Of a stretch of 64,000 bases of DNA, positions 49,054 to 58,870 are shown piece after piece. The position numbers were made by a program, and so were the translations under genes. The stretch comes from a virus (lineage: Duplodnaviria > Caudoviricetes). The stretch is taken from the IMG/VR virus record IMGVR_UViG_3300011008_002712; one strand, 5' to 3'. Numbering within the stretch: the first letter of the stretch is position 1; each line of letters opens with the position of its first letter. Under the pieces are notes generated by a model. It had not been told where the DNA came from, searched no databases, and saw nothing but the letters and a program-made list of their open reading frames with translations.

Positions 49054-49506
49054 TTATTTTACAGAAGCATCAAATTGTTTGATAATCGTATTCTTTGGAA
49101 CTACAATCGTAACTTTTAGATTTCTTGTGTGATAGTAAAAATATTTATTTTCCTCACCTTTCCATCTATTGACATCACTATCTGTTTCATATGAAACGAT
49201 TATTTGTGGAGAAATGTCATCTCTTTCTACCAAATAAGTGGTAGCAACGTCATATTTTTCAATCAACGTTCCTTCAGGATAAACAGCTCTCACATAATAA
49301 TAAGTATTCGAATCTAATACCCCATCAATTACGCCAGTGCCGATAACAAACAAACCATCCATAGATCCTTTTGTGTCTCTAACAGTATTTAAAGATACAA
49401 TGTTAATTGAGTACTCTTCTTTCTGCCAAACGCTGCCAATGTGGTTGCAACCACTTAATGATACTGAAAAAGCAACAAGCAGTGCTATAAACAAATTCTT
49501 AATCAT
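49054..49506 (-). CDS. Putative lipoprotein
   Basis: Signal peptide ending in lipobox LSG-C. Confidence 0.7.
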   Translation of the reverse strand: MIKNLFIALLVAFSVSLSGCNHIGSVWQKEEYSINIVSLNTVRDTKGSMDGLFVIGTGVIDGVLDSNTYYYVRAVYPEGTLIEKYDVATTYLVERDDISPQIIVSYETDSDVNRWKGEENKYFYYHTRNLKVTIVVPKNTIIKQFDASVK

Positions 49507-49521
49507 AAAAATACTCCTTTG

Positions 49522-50031
49522 TTATTTCCGGCGCAGTTTTGCGTGAAATGTTTTGTCTATCGTTTTTTCTATCAAAGGCAAAGCAAACTCATTCCAAATA
49601 GCATCTAATCCATCTCTGTTGATTTTGCAGTAAACATGATTGACTCCATTGTCATCTTTGCCATGAGTAATCTCAAGATATCGTTCAAAATTGGCTTGAT
49701 AGAATTGAACCCAATTCGGAATTGGAACACCAGTAGCTTTAAGTTCTCTTGCTCTGCGACGCATATCATTTATTACAATGTGTTTTGCTTCATCTCTAAC
49801 GTATCGAACAAGATATTTGTGATTATAATCTTCACCAACAAACTCAAATTTGTCAATGCCCATTGAAATAGCTTGAGCAAAATCTTCTCTTATCATCTGT
49901 TTCTGCGATTTCTTTTTGACAGAAATTTTGTCAACAGCTTTTATCATTTTTCCTACCTCCCAAAATCTCATTAATTTTAGATTAATTCTATCATAAAGCA
50001 TTGTAAATGTAAATAGATGGGAGGAAATCAT
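49522..50031 (-). CDS. Hypothetical protein
   Basis: Likely start MIKAVD behind GGAGGT; promoter 49985..50016. Confidence 0.55.
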   Translation of the reverse strand: MISSHLFTFTMLYDRINLKLMRFWEVGKMIKAVDKISVKKKSQKQMIREDFAQAISMGIDKFEFVGEDYNHKYLVRYVRDEAKHIVINDMRRRARELKATGVPIPNWVQFYQANFERYLEITHGKDDNGVNHVYCKINRDGLDAIWNEFALPLIEKTIDKTFHAKLRRK

Positions 50032-50069
50032 CCCATCATTTTATATTTTTTTTAAATTAAATCTATCAG

Positions 50070-51308
50070 TCACATATCTAAAAGTATGCATTCTAATGCC
50101 TTTAATATTTTGATCCTTTCATTTCTTACATAATCTTTGATTTTCTTGCCTTCCTTCATGCTAGAAGGAATTTGTATTTTAGTATCACATATTTTGCTCT
50201 GAATTTCTTTATTCAAAAACCATGGAACGTTTTGCCCATCATTTTTTACAATCAATGCAATTTTGTCTATATCAAACCCATTCCTTTTTATTTTAACCAG
50301 CAAATCAACAATCTTTGCATGTTTTTTCATTTTAGCTACTTTCATGTGAGAACTGCATGTAATTGCTGCTGCTTTTTTCCATTCATTCGGATAAGCTGAT
50401 GGTAAGTCATTAACGATATTGGCTCCTCTTATGTCATGCATAAAATGATGAGGAAGTTCTTCTTTAGGAGTCAATCCCTTTCCAACATCATGCATTAGCG
50501 CAGCAAAACGTGTTGTAATATCACTTGTAGCTTGAGAAACATCATCCAAAATTTTCATAGTGTGATTATACGCATCTCCTTCTGGATGAAATTTTTCAGA
50601 ATGAGTTTGGCCAATAAGTCTATATATAAAAGGAAAACATACATCTAAAATATTAGCAATCTTTAAAGCTTCAAAGAAAATAGATGGTTTGTCTGTAGCG
50701 AGAGCTTTTTTCAATTCTTCTACAATACGATCCTGAGACATTTCTTTGAGTTCTTCTTTGCATTTATTCATCATATCAAATGTATAATCATTAATCTTGA
50801 AATTGAATTTCGCAGATTGCCTAGCTGCACGAAGAGCACGCAAAGGATCCTCAAGAAAATGTTCAGATACAGCACAAATTCTTTTGTTATTTATGTCTTC
50901 AATCCCATGAAAATAATCAATAATTTCATGAGTATCAACATCTTCTGCTAATGCATTCATTGTCAAATCTCTGCGGTATAAATCTTCTTTCAATGTCACA
51001 GATGGGTCGAAAACTACTTCAAATCCATTATGTCCAGAAGCTATTTTACGTTCTTTTCTTGCAAAAGCAAATTCTACTTCGCCAAAGTTGTCAACATCCA
51101 TTCTATATACAGGAAACGATTTGCCTGTCATCTTTGCTTCAGGAAAAAGTTTTTCAAAAATAGTTTGTTCAATACCGACAACCACAACATCAACATCATG
51201 ACAAGAGATGCTGAGAAGTTTGTCCCTAACAGCACCACCAACGATGTATATTTTTCCGTTATGTTGTTTTAATATATTATTAATTTCTTTTAATGTCATA
51301 AAAGTCAC
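50070..51308 (-). CDS. cca: CCA-adding tRNA nucleotidyltransferase with HD domain
   Basis: VGGAVRD, DVDVVV, ARKE, EDLYRRDLTMNALA, EDPLR.LR.AR, H(P)EGD..HT, MHDVGK. Confidence 0.9.
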   Translation of the reverse strand: MTFMTLKEINNILKQHNGKIYIVGGAVRDKLLSISCHDVDVVVVGIEQTIFEKLFPEAKMTGKSFPVYRMDVDNFGEVEFAFARKERKIASGHNGFEVVFDPSVTLKEDLYRRDLTMNALAEDVDTHEIIDYFHGIEDINNKRICAVSEHFLEDPLRALRAARQSAKFNFKINDYTFDMMNKCKEELKEMSQDRIVEELKKALATDKPSIFFEALKIANILDVCFPFIYRLIGQTHSEKFHPEGDAYNHTMKILDDVSQATSDITTRFAALMHDVGKGLTPKEELPHHFMHDIRGANIVNDLPSAYPNEWKKAAAITCSSHMKVAKMKKHAKIVDLLVKIKRNGFDIDKIALIVKNDGQNVPWFLNKEIQSKICDTKIQIPSSMKEGKKIKDYVRNERIKILKALECILLDM

Positions 51309-51347
51309 TCCGTGTATTATTTTTATTTAAAAAATGAGGTATCAAAA

Positions 51348-51881
51348 ATGAGAAGACTTTTTCCACGAAAATTTATTTTTTGTAAAAATTATCTATTAGA
51401 CAAAGAAACTTTAAAACAAATAATTGCAAGCTGTAAACAAATAACTGATTCTAATTTAATAGTAAATACAGATACTGAATTAAATGAAATTCAAACTCTT
51501 AATTCAAAATTGATAAAAGATTATTTAATCAATTATGCAAAAGAAGAAGGCGTTTTTGGCGGAATCTATTATGAAAAAAATTCAGCTGATGAAAAGGTAC
51601 ATTTATTTGTTGTTGAATTTTTTATTTTTAAAGATGTACCTACAACTAATGGCAAAATCACAGAGTATAGCGATTACATTGGAGCTGTTGCTACACCAAT
51701 TGACAAAAATGGTAAAACTGAAAATTATCATTACACTGGTGTATTTTCATCAAAAAATGCACCTAGTGATATGCCAACATATAGACAACATATTCAAATT
51801 GAAGGTCTTTGGCTAGAATATCTTGAATCTGTAAATTACACATCTGCTTATGAAGAAGCGCAAAATAAATTGTCCGTTTAA
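51348..51881 (+). CDS. MRRL-start protein, paralog of 31061..31537
   Basis: GAGGT RBS; FGGIYYEKNS...LFVVEF...YIGAVAT. Confidence 0.65.
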   Translation: MRRLFPRKFIFCKNYLLDKETLKQIIASCKQITDSNLIVNTDTELNEIQTLNSKLIKDYLINYAKEEGVFGGIYYEKNSADEKVHLFVVEFFIFKDVPTTNGKITEYSDYIGAVATPIDKNGKTENYHYTGVFSSKNAPSDMPTYRQHIQIEGLWLEYLESVNYTSAYEEAQNKLSV

Positions 51882-52321
51882 AAGCTATATTCACGAATGG
51901 TGGCTGTGTAATCAATTAAAGTATTACCCATTGCCACTTTAACTTCATGTAAAATATCGTCTGGAGCAGTAACTTTAATTTCTGCTCCTTTTTCATTGAT
52001 ATCTGCAGTCATAGTCAATTTATCTCCGGTTTCCACAATGATTTTGGTAATATAATCACTGTTGTTAGGAATAGGCTTACGTTCAAACAACACGTGGCAC
52101 CCATACATTATATTTTCATTATACCAAACAGCAAAAAATCCCTCAATGTCTCTATTGCAAGTAAACACCTTGCATTTATCGTTCAAACGAAAGATTTTAT
52201 CGTTTGCATCGATAAAAAACTTCTTAATTTCTTCGCGGATTCCTTTAGACAACATAATATTTCCCCTCCATTTAAAATGAATAAGTATGAACATCTGCCA
52301 TATAATCGAGCAAATTGTCAC
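51878..52321 (-). CDS. Hypothetical protein, tandem duplicate copy 2
   Basis: IREEIKKFFIDANDKIFRLNDKCKVFTC... near-identical to 52272..52670; likely start MLSKG. Confidence 0.7.
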   Translation of the reverse strand: MTICSIIWQMFILIHFKWRGNIMLSKGIREEIKKFFIDANDKIFRLNDKCKVFTCNRDIEGFFAVWYNENIMYGCHVLFERKPIPNNSDYITKIIVETGDKLTMTADINEKGAEIKVTAPDDILHEVKVAMGNTLIDYTATIREYSF

Positions 52322-52670
52322 TCATAACTACAACTACTTCGTGCAAATCTTCTTCTGGAGCAGTAACTTTTATTACCGCTCCATTTTCATTAATATCTGC
52401 AGTCATAGTTAGTTTATCTCCAACTTCCACAATAATTTTAGTGATATAATCACTCTTGTTAGGAATTGGTTTGCGTTCAAACAACACATGGCACCCATAC
52501 ATTATATGTTCATTATACCAAACAGCGAACAATCCTTCTATGCTTCTATCGCAAGTAAACACCTTGCATTTATCATTTAAACGGAAGATTTTATCATTAG
52601 CATCGATAAAAAACTTCTTAATTTCTTCGCGAATTTCCTGAGGTAGCATATCACATCCTCCATACATCAT
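52272..52670 (-). CDS. Hypothetical protein, tandem duplicate copy 1
   Basis: GGAGG RBS before MLPQE; promoter 52685..52716. Confidence 0.7.
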   Translation of the reverse strand: MMYGGCDMLPQEIREEIKKFFIDANDKIFRLNDKCKVFTCDRSIEGLFAVWYNEHIMYGCHVLFERKPIPNKSDYITKIIVEVGDKLTMTADINENGAVIKVTAPEEDLHEVVVVMSDNLLDYMADVHTYSF

Positions 52671-52746
52671 TTTCTCTTTTTTTTATTATACCACCTTTTC
52701 ACAAAAAAGTAAATAGCTTTTTTCAAAAAAGCTAGAGCGTTTAACT

Positions 52747-53331
52747 CTAGCTTATAATGTATTTATCAAAATAACAAACTTTCATAAATGCAACAAAATC
52801 ATCCCATTGTATACGTGAATAGATATTTTTAAAAAAAAATTCATGAACATCATCGTATTTTTCATCTTGATTATCAAGAAAATCTGTAAATGTTTCTTTA
52901 TTGAATCTTTTATCAAAAAATTGTTTCACTATATCTCGAATATCAATGTTTTTACTAAAAATTTGTTCGTGTTGTTTGACATTATTTGATAAAAAATCTT
53001 CTATAGCTTCGTTAGAATATCCGAATAACTTTCCTAAAATATAATGTTTTTCATAAGTATTGGGATATGGCATGCATGATTTAAACATTTTCAATTGATG
53101 TGGATATCTATAAACAAAGATTCTTTTGACAACACCAAGAAAATCATCTGTATCTATTTCATCTTCATAATGCATAAGATTTTCTTCTTCTATTATCTTA
53201 CAAATTTCATCATATGTTCCTAATGTACATTCTAACCATGCACAATTTCTCACTCCTTTTTTAATCAAATAGACATGTTCTTTTACAGCGCGTATATCTT
53301 CATTATCTTTGATTGTTATTTTATTCTCCAC
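52747..53331 (-). CDS. Hypothetical protein
   Basis: EHVYLIKKGVR...ILGKLFGYS. Confidence 0.6.
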   Translation of the reverse strand: MENKITIKDNEDIRAVKEHVYLIKKGVRNCAWLECTLGTYDEICKIIEEENLMHYEDEIDTDDFLGVVKRIFVYRYPHQLKMFKSCMPYPNTYEKHYILGKLFGYSNEAIEDFLSNNVKQHEQIFSKNIDIRDIVKQFFDKRFNKETFTDFLDNQDEKYDDVHEFFFKNIYSRIQWDDFVAFMKVCYFDKYIIS

Positions 53332-53695
53332 TGTAGTTCCTCATTCTCCTGCTTAGATACCAAGATTTATGTTCTTCTTGCTTTTTCTTAGGAGTGTCCC
53401 ATGTTGTATGATCGTCCGTAGCATGATGAGGCAAACAAAATCCCAATCCACGACTGTATTTATAACAAGCATGTTTTTCTTGTTTGAAAAGCTTTTCAAA
53501 TTCGCTTCTGTGTTCTTTTGCTATGTTATCTTTAGTTATAATACCTTGAGATTCTATATTCCCGAATCCAATAATCTTCTGAAGATATCTTTTTGCATCT
53601 TTTTCGTTTTTTGCTTTAACTAGATATGCGCCTTTTGTATTATGTTGATCAAAAATCCAGCGGTGATAATCAACAATAAGCCAATAAACATTCAT
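53321..53695 (-). CDS. Hypothetical protein
   Basis: ORF in operon. Confidence 0.55.
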   Translation of the reverse strand: MNVYWLIVDYHRWIFDQHNTKGAYLVKAKNEKDAKRYLQKIIGFGNIESQGIITKDNIAKEHRSEFEKLFKQEKHACYKYSRGLGFCLPHHATDDHTTWDTPKKKQEEHKSWYLSRRMRNYSGE

Positions 53696-53701
53696 TGAAT
53701 A

Positions 53702-54526
53702 TCATCTCTTTCGTATCAATGTTTTAACATAATTTTTTCCATACTTATCATTGACGTATTTTATATATTTTGAAACGTCTGTCAAAATGATAACATTATT
53801 TTCAATAAGAGCCCTAACTCTCGCTTTCTGGACATCATCTAGTGCCATAAAATATTTGCTTTTAATTTCTATCAACTGATCATTTACCTTAAAATCTACA
53901 GTTGTTGTATGAACCACACCATGATATGAGTAATTCAATTTAATCGGATTCCTTTCAATGGGAATGTTATTATCACGGTGCCAAATATAAAATGCAACTT
54001 CCCAAGAAGAATCAAATATCAAGTCATCTAATTCATACTGAATTTTGACAATCCTTAAAATGCCTTTTTTCTTTTTTGTTTTCAAGCTTTTTATCTGAAA
54101 ACACCTGGCATTAAATGCATATTCTTTCCCATATTTTTCAATATTATTACTTTTTACTTTTTCTTTAATGTCATCTTTTTGCCAGGGATTATTTTTTCCA
54201 AAATTTTTTATCCACGTGTTCTTTTTCTTTTCGATTTGTTCCTTGCCGTTCAAAGAACATTTATTTCCATATTTTTTAAGATTAGTAGAGAATGTTTTTT
54301 CTTTTACGCTTTGAGCTTGTGCTGGGTTTTTACATCCAAAACGTTCTATGTTAGTAAGTTCTGTATTGCATTTTTTGCATAAAAATTTCTTAATAGTTTC
54401 TATTCTGTTTTTTAAAAATAAACGTTCAACCAATTTATGACAACGTCTACATATAAATTGAATCTTCTGATATTTTTTTAATCCTTCTAAATCTTTTTCA
54501 TCAGAAACAAAAATGATTTTATTCAT
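53702..54526 (-). CDS. Putative free-standing homing endonuclease (N.E(K/R)(Y/F)G repeats + PD-(D/E)XK)
   Basis: CRRC/CKKC; repeats NIERFG, NLKKYG, IKNFG, NIEKYG; DSSWE...VDF....IEIK. Confidence 0.65.
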   Translation of the reverse strand: MNKIIFVSDEKDLEGLKKYQKIQFICRRCHKLVERLFLKNRIETIKKFLCKKCNTELTNIERFGCKNPAQAQSVKEKTFSTNLKKYGNKCSLNGKEQIEKKKNTWIKNFGKNNPWQKDDIKEKVKSNNIEKYGKEYAFNARCFQIKSLKTKKKKGILRIVKIQYELDDLIFDSSWEVAFYIWHRDNNIPIERNPIKLNYSYHGVVHTTTVDFKVNDQLIEIKSKYFMALDDVQKARVRALIENNVIILTDVSKYIKYVNDKYGKNYVKTLIRKR

Positions 54527-54584
54527 AAACGTCCCGCAATCTTAAACACGCGAAGGGAGACATTGTCTCCCTTCTAATTTTAAC

Positions 54585-55805
54585 TCAATGATTCATTCGC
54601 CAATCAATGCAACGTTTCAGATAATTGACATATTCTTCGTTTTTACACATTCCTTTTCCAACAGTATCAGAGATTTTAGCTACATCTTGCCCATTGCACT
54701 TTGTTACTTTCATGACAATATTGAGAGCTGGAACATCTGTGTCATTACTAAGATACGTTCCAATTCCAAATGCAACATTTGTGCGTGCGTTGAAATGTTT
54801 ATTGATTGCATTCGCTCTTTCAAAATCTAAACTGTCGCTGAAAAGAAGAGTCTTTGCATTCGGATTAATTCCAAGTTTATTATAATGCTGAATAATTTTT
54901 TCTCCCCATTCAATTGGATCCCCAGAATCATGTCTTACGCCAGAAAACAAAGTAGCAAATGTCAAATCAAAATCTCTCAAAAAACAATCGGTAGTAATAG
55001 TGTCAGTCAATGCAATACCATTCAATACTCCATATTCTTTTACCCAAGACCTCAATGCATAATAGTTACTGTATGCCGGGTTGTGCTTGTGGTTTCCTTG
55101 ACCAACACACATGAGATATTCATGCGCCATTGTTCCAACTGGAGTAACATTGTATTTTTTTGCCAAAAATATATTGCTCGTACCAACAAAATAACTCCCC
55201 GTATCTGAGCACTTATTGATTTTTGCCAATTCTTTTACTGCCAATTCTTGAGCTTCAGAAGACAATCTTCTCCGCAGTCCAAATTCAGAAAAATTAGAAA
55301 TACAATATTTGCCAGACATAAGATTATTGATTTTTTCTTTTAATCTTGCTTGAAAAGACTTGAAAAGATCATTATAATCATATTGCATTCTAAAATATGT
55401 TTCATTGACAATGGCAAGAATTGGTATTTCATACATGGATGTATTTAACCAAGTTCCTTTTGCTTCTATGGACAACCCACATGGAGAATCTGTAGTAACC
55501 TCGATGTCTTCATATCTTGGTTTCCAAAGTCTAAGAAAATCAATATATGATCCTTTCAGCCATTTGATGTCGTCAAGATATCTAAGCTCATCTTCTGTAA
55601 ATCTCAAACCGCAATAATGTTTGATTTGCTCTTTTATTTCTTCTACCATTTCTTGAGTAAAATGAACATCCTTGTTTCTACACTTGAATGTCCAAGTTGT
55701 CTTATATGATGGAAACAAGTGATATATAGCCTGTCCCATACTCATTTTATAAAGATCATTCTCAAGCAGTGAAGTAATAATGGCATTCAATTTCATTTGG
55801 CACAC
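54585..55805 (-). CDS. pncB: Nicotinate phosphoribosyltransferase
   Basis: DLYK.SM, EFGLRRR, GTSN, GTMAHE, LTDT, GVRHDSGDP, FSDSL, FGIGT, KISD..GK. Confidence 0.92.
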   Translation of the reverse strand: MCQMKLNAIITSLLENDLYKMSMGQAIYHLFPSYKTTWTFKCRNKDVHFTQEMVEEIKEQIKHYCGLRFTEDELRYLDDIKWLKGSYIDFLRLWKPRYEDIEVTTDSPCGLSIEAKGTWLNTSMYEIPILAIVNETYFRMQYDYNDLFKSFQARLKEKINNLMSGKYCISNFSEFGLRRRLSSEAQELAVKELAKINKCSDTGSYFVGTSNIFLAKKYNVTPVGTMAHEYLMCVGQGNHKHNPAYSNYYALRSWVKEYGVLNGIALTDTITTDCFLRDFDLTFATLFSGVRHDSGDPIEWGEKIIQHYNKLGINPNAKTLLFSDSLDFERANAINKHFNARTNVAFGIGTYLSNDTDVPALNIVMKVTKCNGQDVAKISDTVGKGMCKNEEYVNYLKRCIDWRMNH

Positions 55806-55831
55806 TCCTTTTTAATTTACCAATTTTCTAT

Positions 55832-55863
55832 ATTTTATCACATTCAACTGAAAAAGTAAATAG
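55832..55863 (-). promoter_or_regulatory. Early-type promoter upstream of pncB
   Basis: CTATTTACT-N17-TAAAAT. Confidence 0.6.
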
Positions 55864-56041
55864 CCGGAGATTTATTCCGGCTAAAATTTACTTTAAGATA
55901 ACAGCTTTTTTCTTATTTCCGTTATAGAATTCACACAAATGCTTTTGAAACTGATGACGTTCATTATTGATAATTGTAAATCCTCTGCACTTTCTGTTTT
56001 TGTTGCAAGAACACTTAAGACAAATTTTAAGTTGTTCTTCT

Positions 56042-56320
56042 TTATTCACACTTTATCACCCCATTTTTAAGAAGAGATTTGATCATCCAATCATATCCGC
56101 TGAATCCACGAGAACCTCTTATAAGAGCATTTTTTTCTTTGGCTGATTTGACTAACCTTACATCCACAACTGCAGTCCAGCCGTCATTCCAACGATACTC
56201 ATGATATTTTCCTATTATATCTGGAAGTTTCTCGAAATCTTTTTTGTAGAAGCTTTTTGCTACTACATATTTGAAATCTTCGCCAGACCATTTGTTATTC
56301 CATGATCCTTTGCTTGGCAT
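56042..56320 (-). CDS. Conserved hypothetical phage protein
   Basis: MP..GSWN.KWSGE...Y.W.DGW...S.GF.GYDWMI. Confidence 0.65.
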   Translation of the reverse strand: MPSKGSWNNKWSGEDFKYVVAKSFYKKDFEKLPDIIGKYHEYRWNDGWTAVVDVRLVKSAKEKNALIRGSRGFSGYDWMIKSLLKNGVIKCE

Positions 56321-56435
56321 GTGAAGAGTGAAGATTAAGTGGTAAATAAAATCGCCTCCTTTGTGATCTTCTTTTATTTTTATGAAATCTCGTTAGAGAA
56401 AATCACCTCCTTTCTCATCTGTACTTTGATTTGTC

Positions 56436-56915
56436 TCACATTGTCGCCTTGGTAATATCATTGAGAAGCTCGTCGAGTGCATTAAACTCTATCTGTATTT
56501 CCGTATAACCATTTGCATGGCCAGTCTCATATGCTCTGTCATAAAGAATATCAAAGACTTTGTCTTTGTTCTTTCCATTATAGGTGAAGTTGCTCTTCAG
56601 AATCTTCTTGAACACCTCGGTAATCTTATACTGCGCATTATCATACTCATCACTCAACTTGTGGTTTGCTTTCTTTACCGCATCCTTTGCATATTCCACA
56701 TATGCATCATAGTCACTGCGGGTTAGAGGAAGCTCGTCGATCTGTTTAATGATCTGCTTCACATCAATCTTCTGATAGGGAAGCTTGATCGACAGCTGGG
56801 CGAGATCATTGACTGTTATGCTGTCATTAAGTGCTCTATTAACCTGTGCCATCGCAACACCGCTGAGAGAATCAAAAGCACTTGCAACAATCTTGTCAAT
56901 TTTCGCAATTTTCAT
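56436..56915 (-). CDS. Hypothetical protein
   Basis: AATGGAGGAATAAAAATG start. Confidence 0.65.
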   Translation of the reverse strand: MKIAKIDKIVASAFDSLSGVAMAQVNRALNDSITVNDLAQLSIKLPYQKIDVKQIIKQIDELPLTRSDYDAYVEYAKDAVKKANHKLSDEYDNAQYKITEVFKKILKSNFTYNGKNKDKVFDILYDRAYETGHANGYTEIQIEFNALDELLNDITKATM

Positions 56916-56940
56916 TTTTATTCCTCCATTCACTCTTTAC

Positions 56941-57004
56941 ACTCTTTTTCCTTACCTCTTGATTATATTATACCATGTTGTTCAGTATTTGTAAATAGTT
57001 TTTT
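56941..57004 (-). repeat. Long promoter cassette copy
   Basis: ACTCTTTTTCCTTACCTCTTGATTATATTATACCATGTTGTTCAGTATTTGTAAATAGTTTTTT. Confidence 0.85.
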
Positions 57005-57053
57005 CAATTTTTTAGAAGTTTTGTGTTTATCACCTCCTCTCTGTTGTTTCCTT

Positions 57054-57374
57054 TTAAATCTTTATGATGATAGTGTTGTTGATAATGTCAATCATCTGCT
57101 CGTTTTCCTTGTTTGCATAAATCTTGTGGCCGTCGATATCGATTCTCTCGATCGCATATGCATCATTCAAGGACCAAAGTTTTTTCACCGTCGCTTCAGC
57201 ATTGTGTGTATCAAACTCAAGTGAAATGTTCTTGGCGAATGTTTTCTCAACAATCATCCCGTCTTCCATGACAAGAGATTTCACGATATCATTTGCCTGG
57301 AATTCCGAAACATCGGCATTCTCAATAACCTCAACGCGACCAGACTCGAAAATTACCTTAACGTTATATTCCAT
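57054..57374 (-). CDS. Hypothetical protein
   Basis: AATGGAGGAATAAAAAATG start. Confidence 0.65.
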   Translation of the reverse strand: MEYNVKVIFESGRVEVIENADVSEFQANDIVKSLVMEDGMIVEKTFAKNISLEFDTHNAEATVKKLWSLNDAYAIERIDIDGHKIYANKENEQMIDIINNTIIIKI

Positions 57375-57399
57375 TTTTTATTCCTCCATTCTTTTATTT

Positions 57400-57455
57400 C
57401 CTTACCTCTTGAATCTATTATACCATGTTATTCAGAGTTTGTAAATAGTTTTTTT
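57400..57455 (-). repeat. Long promoter cassette copy
   Basis: CCTTACCTCTTGAATCTATTATACCATGTTATTCAGAGTTTGTAAATAGTTTTT. Confidence 0.85.
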
Positions 57456-57670
57456 CAGTTTTTATACCCTTTTTCTCTCAATTTCTCTCCGATATATTTC
57501 CGCACTATCTTGGACGGAGTATTCTCAAAGTAGTAGCTCGTACCCTTATAGATTACCACCGCAAGGTCATTCTTTTCGTACTCTTTGCGGATAATATACT
57601 GCATCCTGTCGTTTCCCTCAGCAAGTGCTACAAGTTCTTCTCCGCTCAAGTATTCATATTCATTTGACAT
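57455..57670 (-). CDS. Hypothetical protein
   Basis: AATGGAGGAATAAAAATG start. Confidence 0.6.
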   Translation of the reverse strand: MSNEYEYLSGEELVALAEGNDRMQYIIRKEYEKNDLAVVIYKGTSYYFENTPSKIVRKYIGEKLREKGYKN

Positions 57671-57706
57671 TTTTATTCCTCCATTCATTTACACTTTTAT
57701 TAAACA

Positions 57707-58006
57707 TCAAATGCACCCACCGCAGCAACCGTATTCTACATTGTCGTTGAATACCTCAGAGATTTCGCTGGCATACTGCTTCAATTCATCTGGCAGATCG
57801 TTTACATCAATTTCCCATTTTCCTTCAGTTACATACGATTCAGACTGATCTTCATCAAAACCGCATCCACCGCCTGTACTCCAAAATTTAATATTCGGTT
57901 TGTTGGTGCCGAAGAAATAGCTCTTGCCGTTAATTTTCAAATGTAAAGTGCCATGGCAGAGACAGGGAAATTTGCCATCATAGCTTACGAATTCTACATG
58001 TTTCAA
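57707..58006 (-). CDS. Cys-rich hypothetical protein
   Basis: YDG.FP.LC.G.L...FW.TGG.C...GCCGGCI. Confidence 0.65.
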   Translation of the reverse strand: MKHVEFVSYDGKFPCLCHGTLHLKINGKSYFFGTNKPNIKFWSTGGGCGFDEDQSESYVTEGKWEIDVNDLPDELKQYASEISEVFNDNVEYGCCGGCI

Positions 58007-58033
58007 TATATATCATCCTTTCTTTTCTCTCTT

Positions 58034-58088
58034 CCTTACTTCTTGAATCTATTATACCATGTTATTCAAGGTTTGTAAATAGTTTTTT
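58034..58088 (-). repeat. Long promoter cassette copy
   Basis: CCTTACTTCTTGAATCTATTATACCATGTTATTCAAGGTTTGTAAATAGTTTTTT; followed on + by hairpin AAAAGCGGAGA..TCTCCGCTTTT. Confidence 0.85.
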
Positions 58089-58294
58089 AACAAAAAAGCG
58101 GAGATTTTTCTCCGCTTTTATCACTTCTCATTTTTCGGTTTTTTATGGAATACTCTTGAGTCGTAATTCATATCTTCCAGTTTTGTATTGCTTTTTACAA
58201 TTTTTTCGTATGCTTTTTTCTTTGCCTCCTCATAAGAATTTGCGTTTACTTCAACCATTTTGAAAAAAATTGCTTCTACTTCCCACCTCATTTT

Positions 58295-58624
58295 CTAATC
58301 ACGCCTTTTTGTTATTTTTAACTGTCCGCGTATAGAAATATCACCTCTGTTGATAGAATTGACAAAATCTTCGATATAATAATGTCTTACACCAAAAGAA
58401 GAAAACATAGACCAAATTGATATTTTATAATTTTTGAATGGATCGTATTGAGATGTATCTATCTTACATGGAACTTCAATCTGCTCTTCACTTTCGTCTG
58501 TCCACGAAAAAAATCCTGGAATGTTATGAAGCTTACGCATAGAAGCATTGAATACAATATTTTCAACTCCTTCTTCTTTGATGATTTGAAGAAGCCTTTC
58601 TGATGTCATCCAATTCATAAACAC
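58295..58624 (-). CDS. Hypothetical protein
   Basis: GAGGAG RBS. Confidence 0.55.
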   Translation of the reverse strand: MFMNWMTSERLLQIIKEEGVENIVFNASMRKLHNIPGFFSWTDESEEQIEVPCKIDTSQYDPFKNYKISIWSMFSSFGVRHYYIEDFVNSINRGDISIRGQLKITKRRD

Positions 58625-58816
58625 CTACTCCTCTAGAATTTTTCCGGATCGTCTGTGACTCCAGCGATTTTAAATTTGCAGTCTGGACACCTTCCTCCAA
58701 TCTCTACCAAAATTTCATCAAGTTCTTCTCCACAATTTTCACAAATATACATATTGGAATCACTGTCATATAATGCTAAGCAATTCATATTCATTCCCTT
58801 TCTGTATTTATGTTAG

Positions 58817-58848
58817 ATTATATCATATTGCTATATACTTGTAAATAG
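58817..58848 (-). promoter_or_regulatory. Early-type promoter
   Basis: CTATTTACA-N17-TATAAT. Confidence 0.7.
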
Positions 58849-58870
58849 ATAAATAAAAATTTGCAAATGT

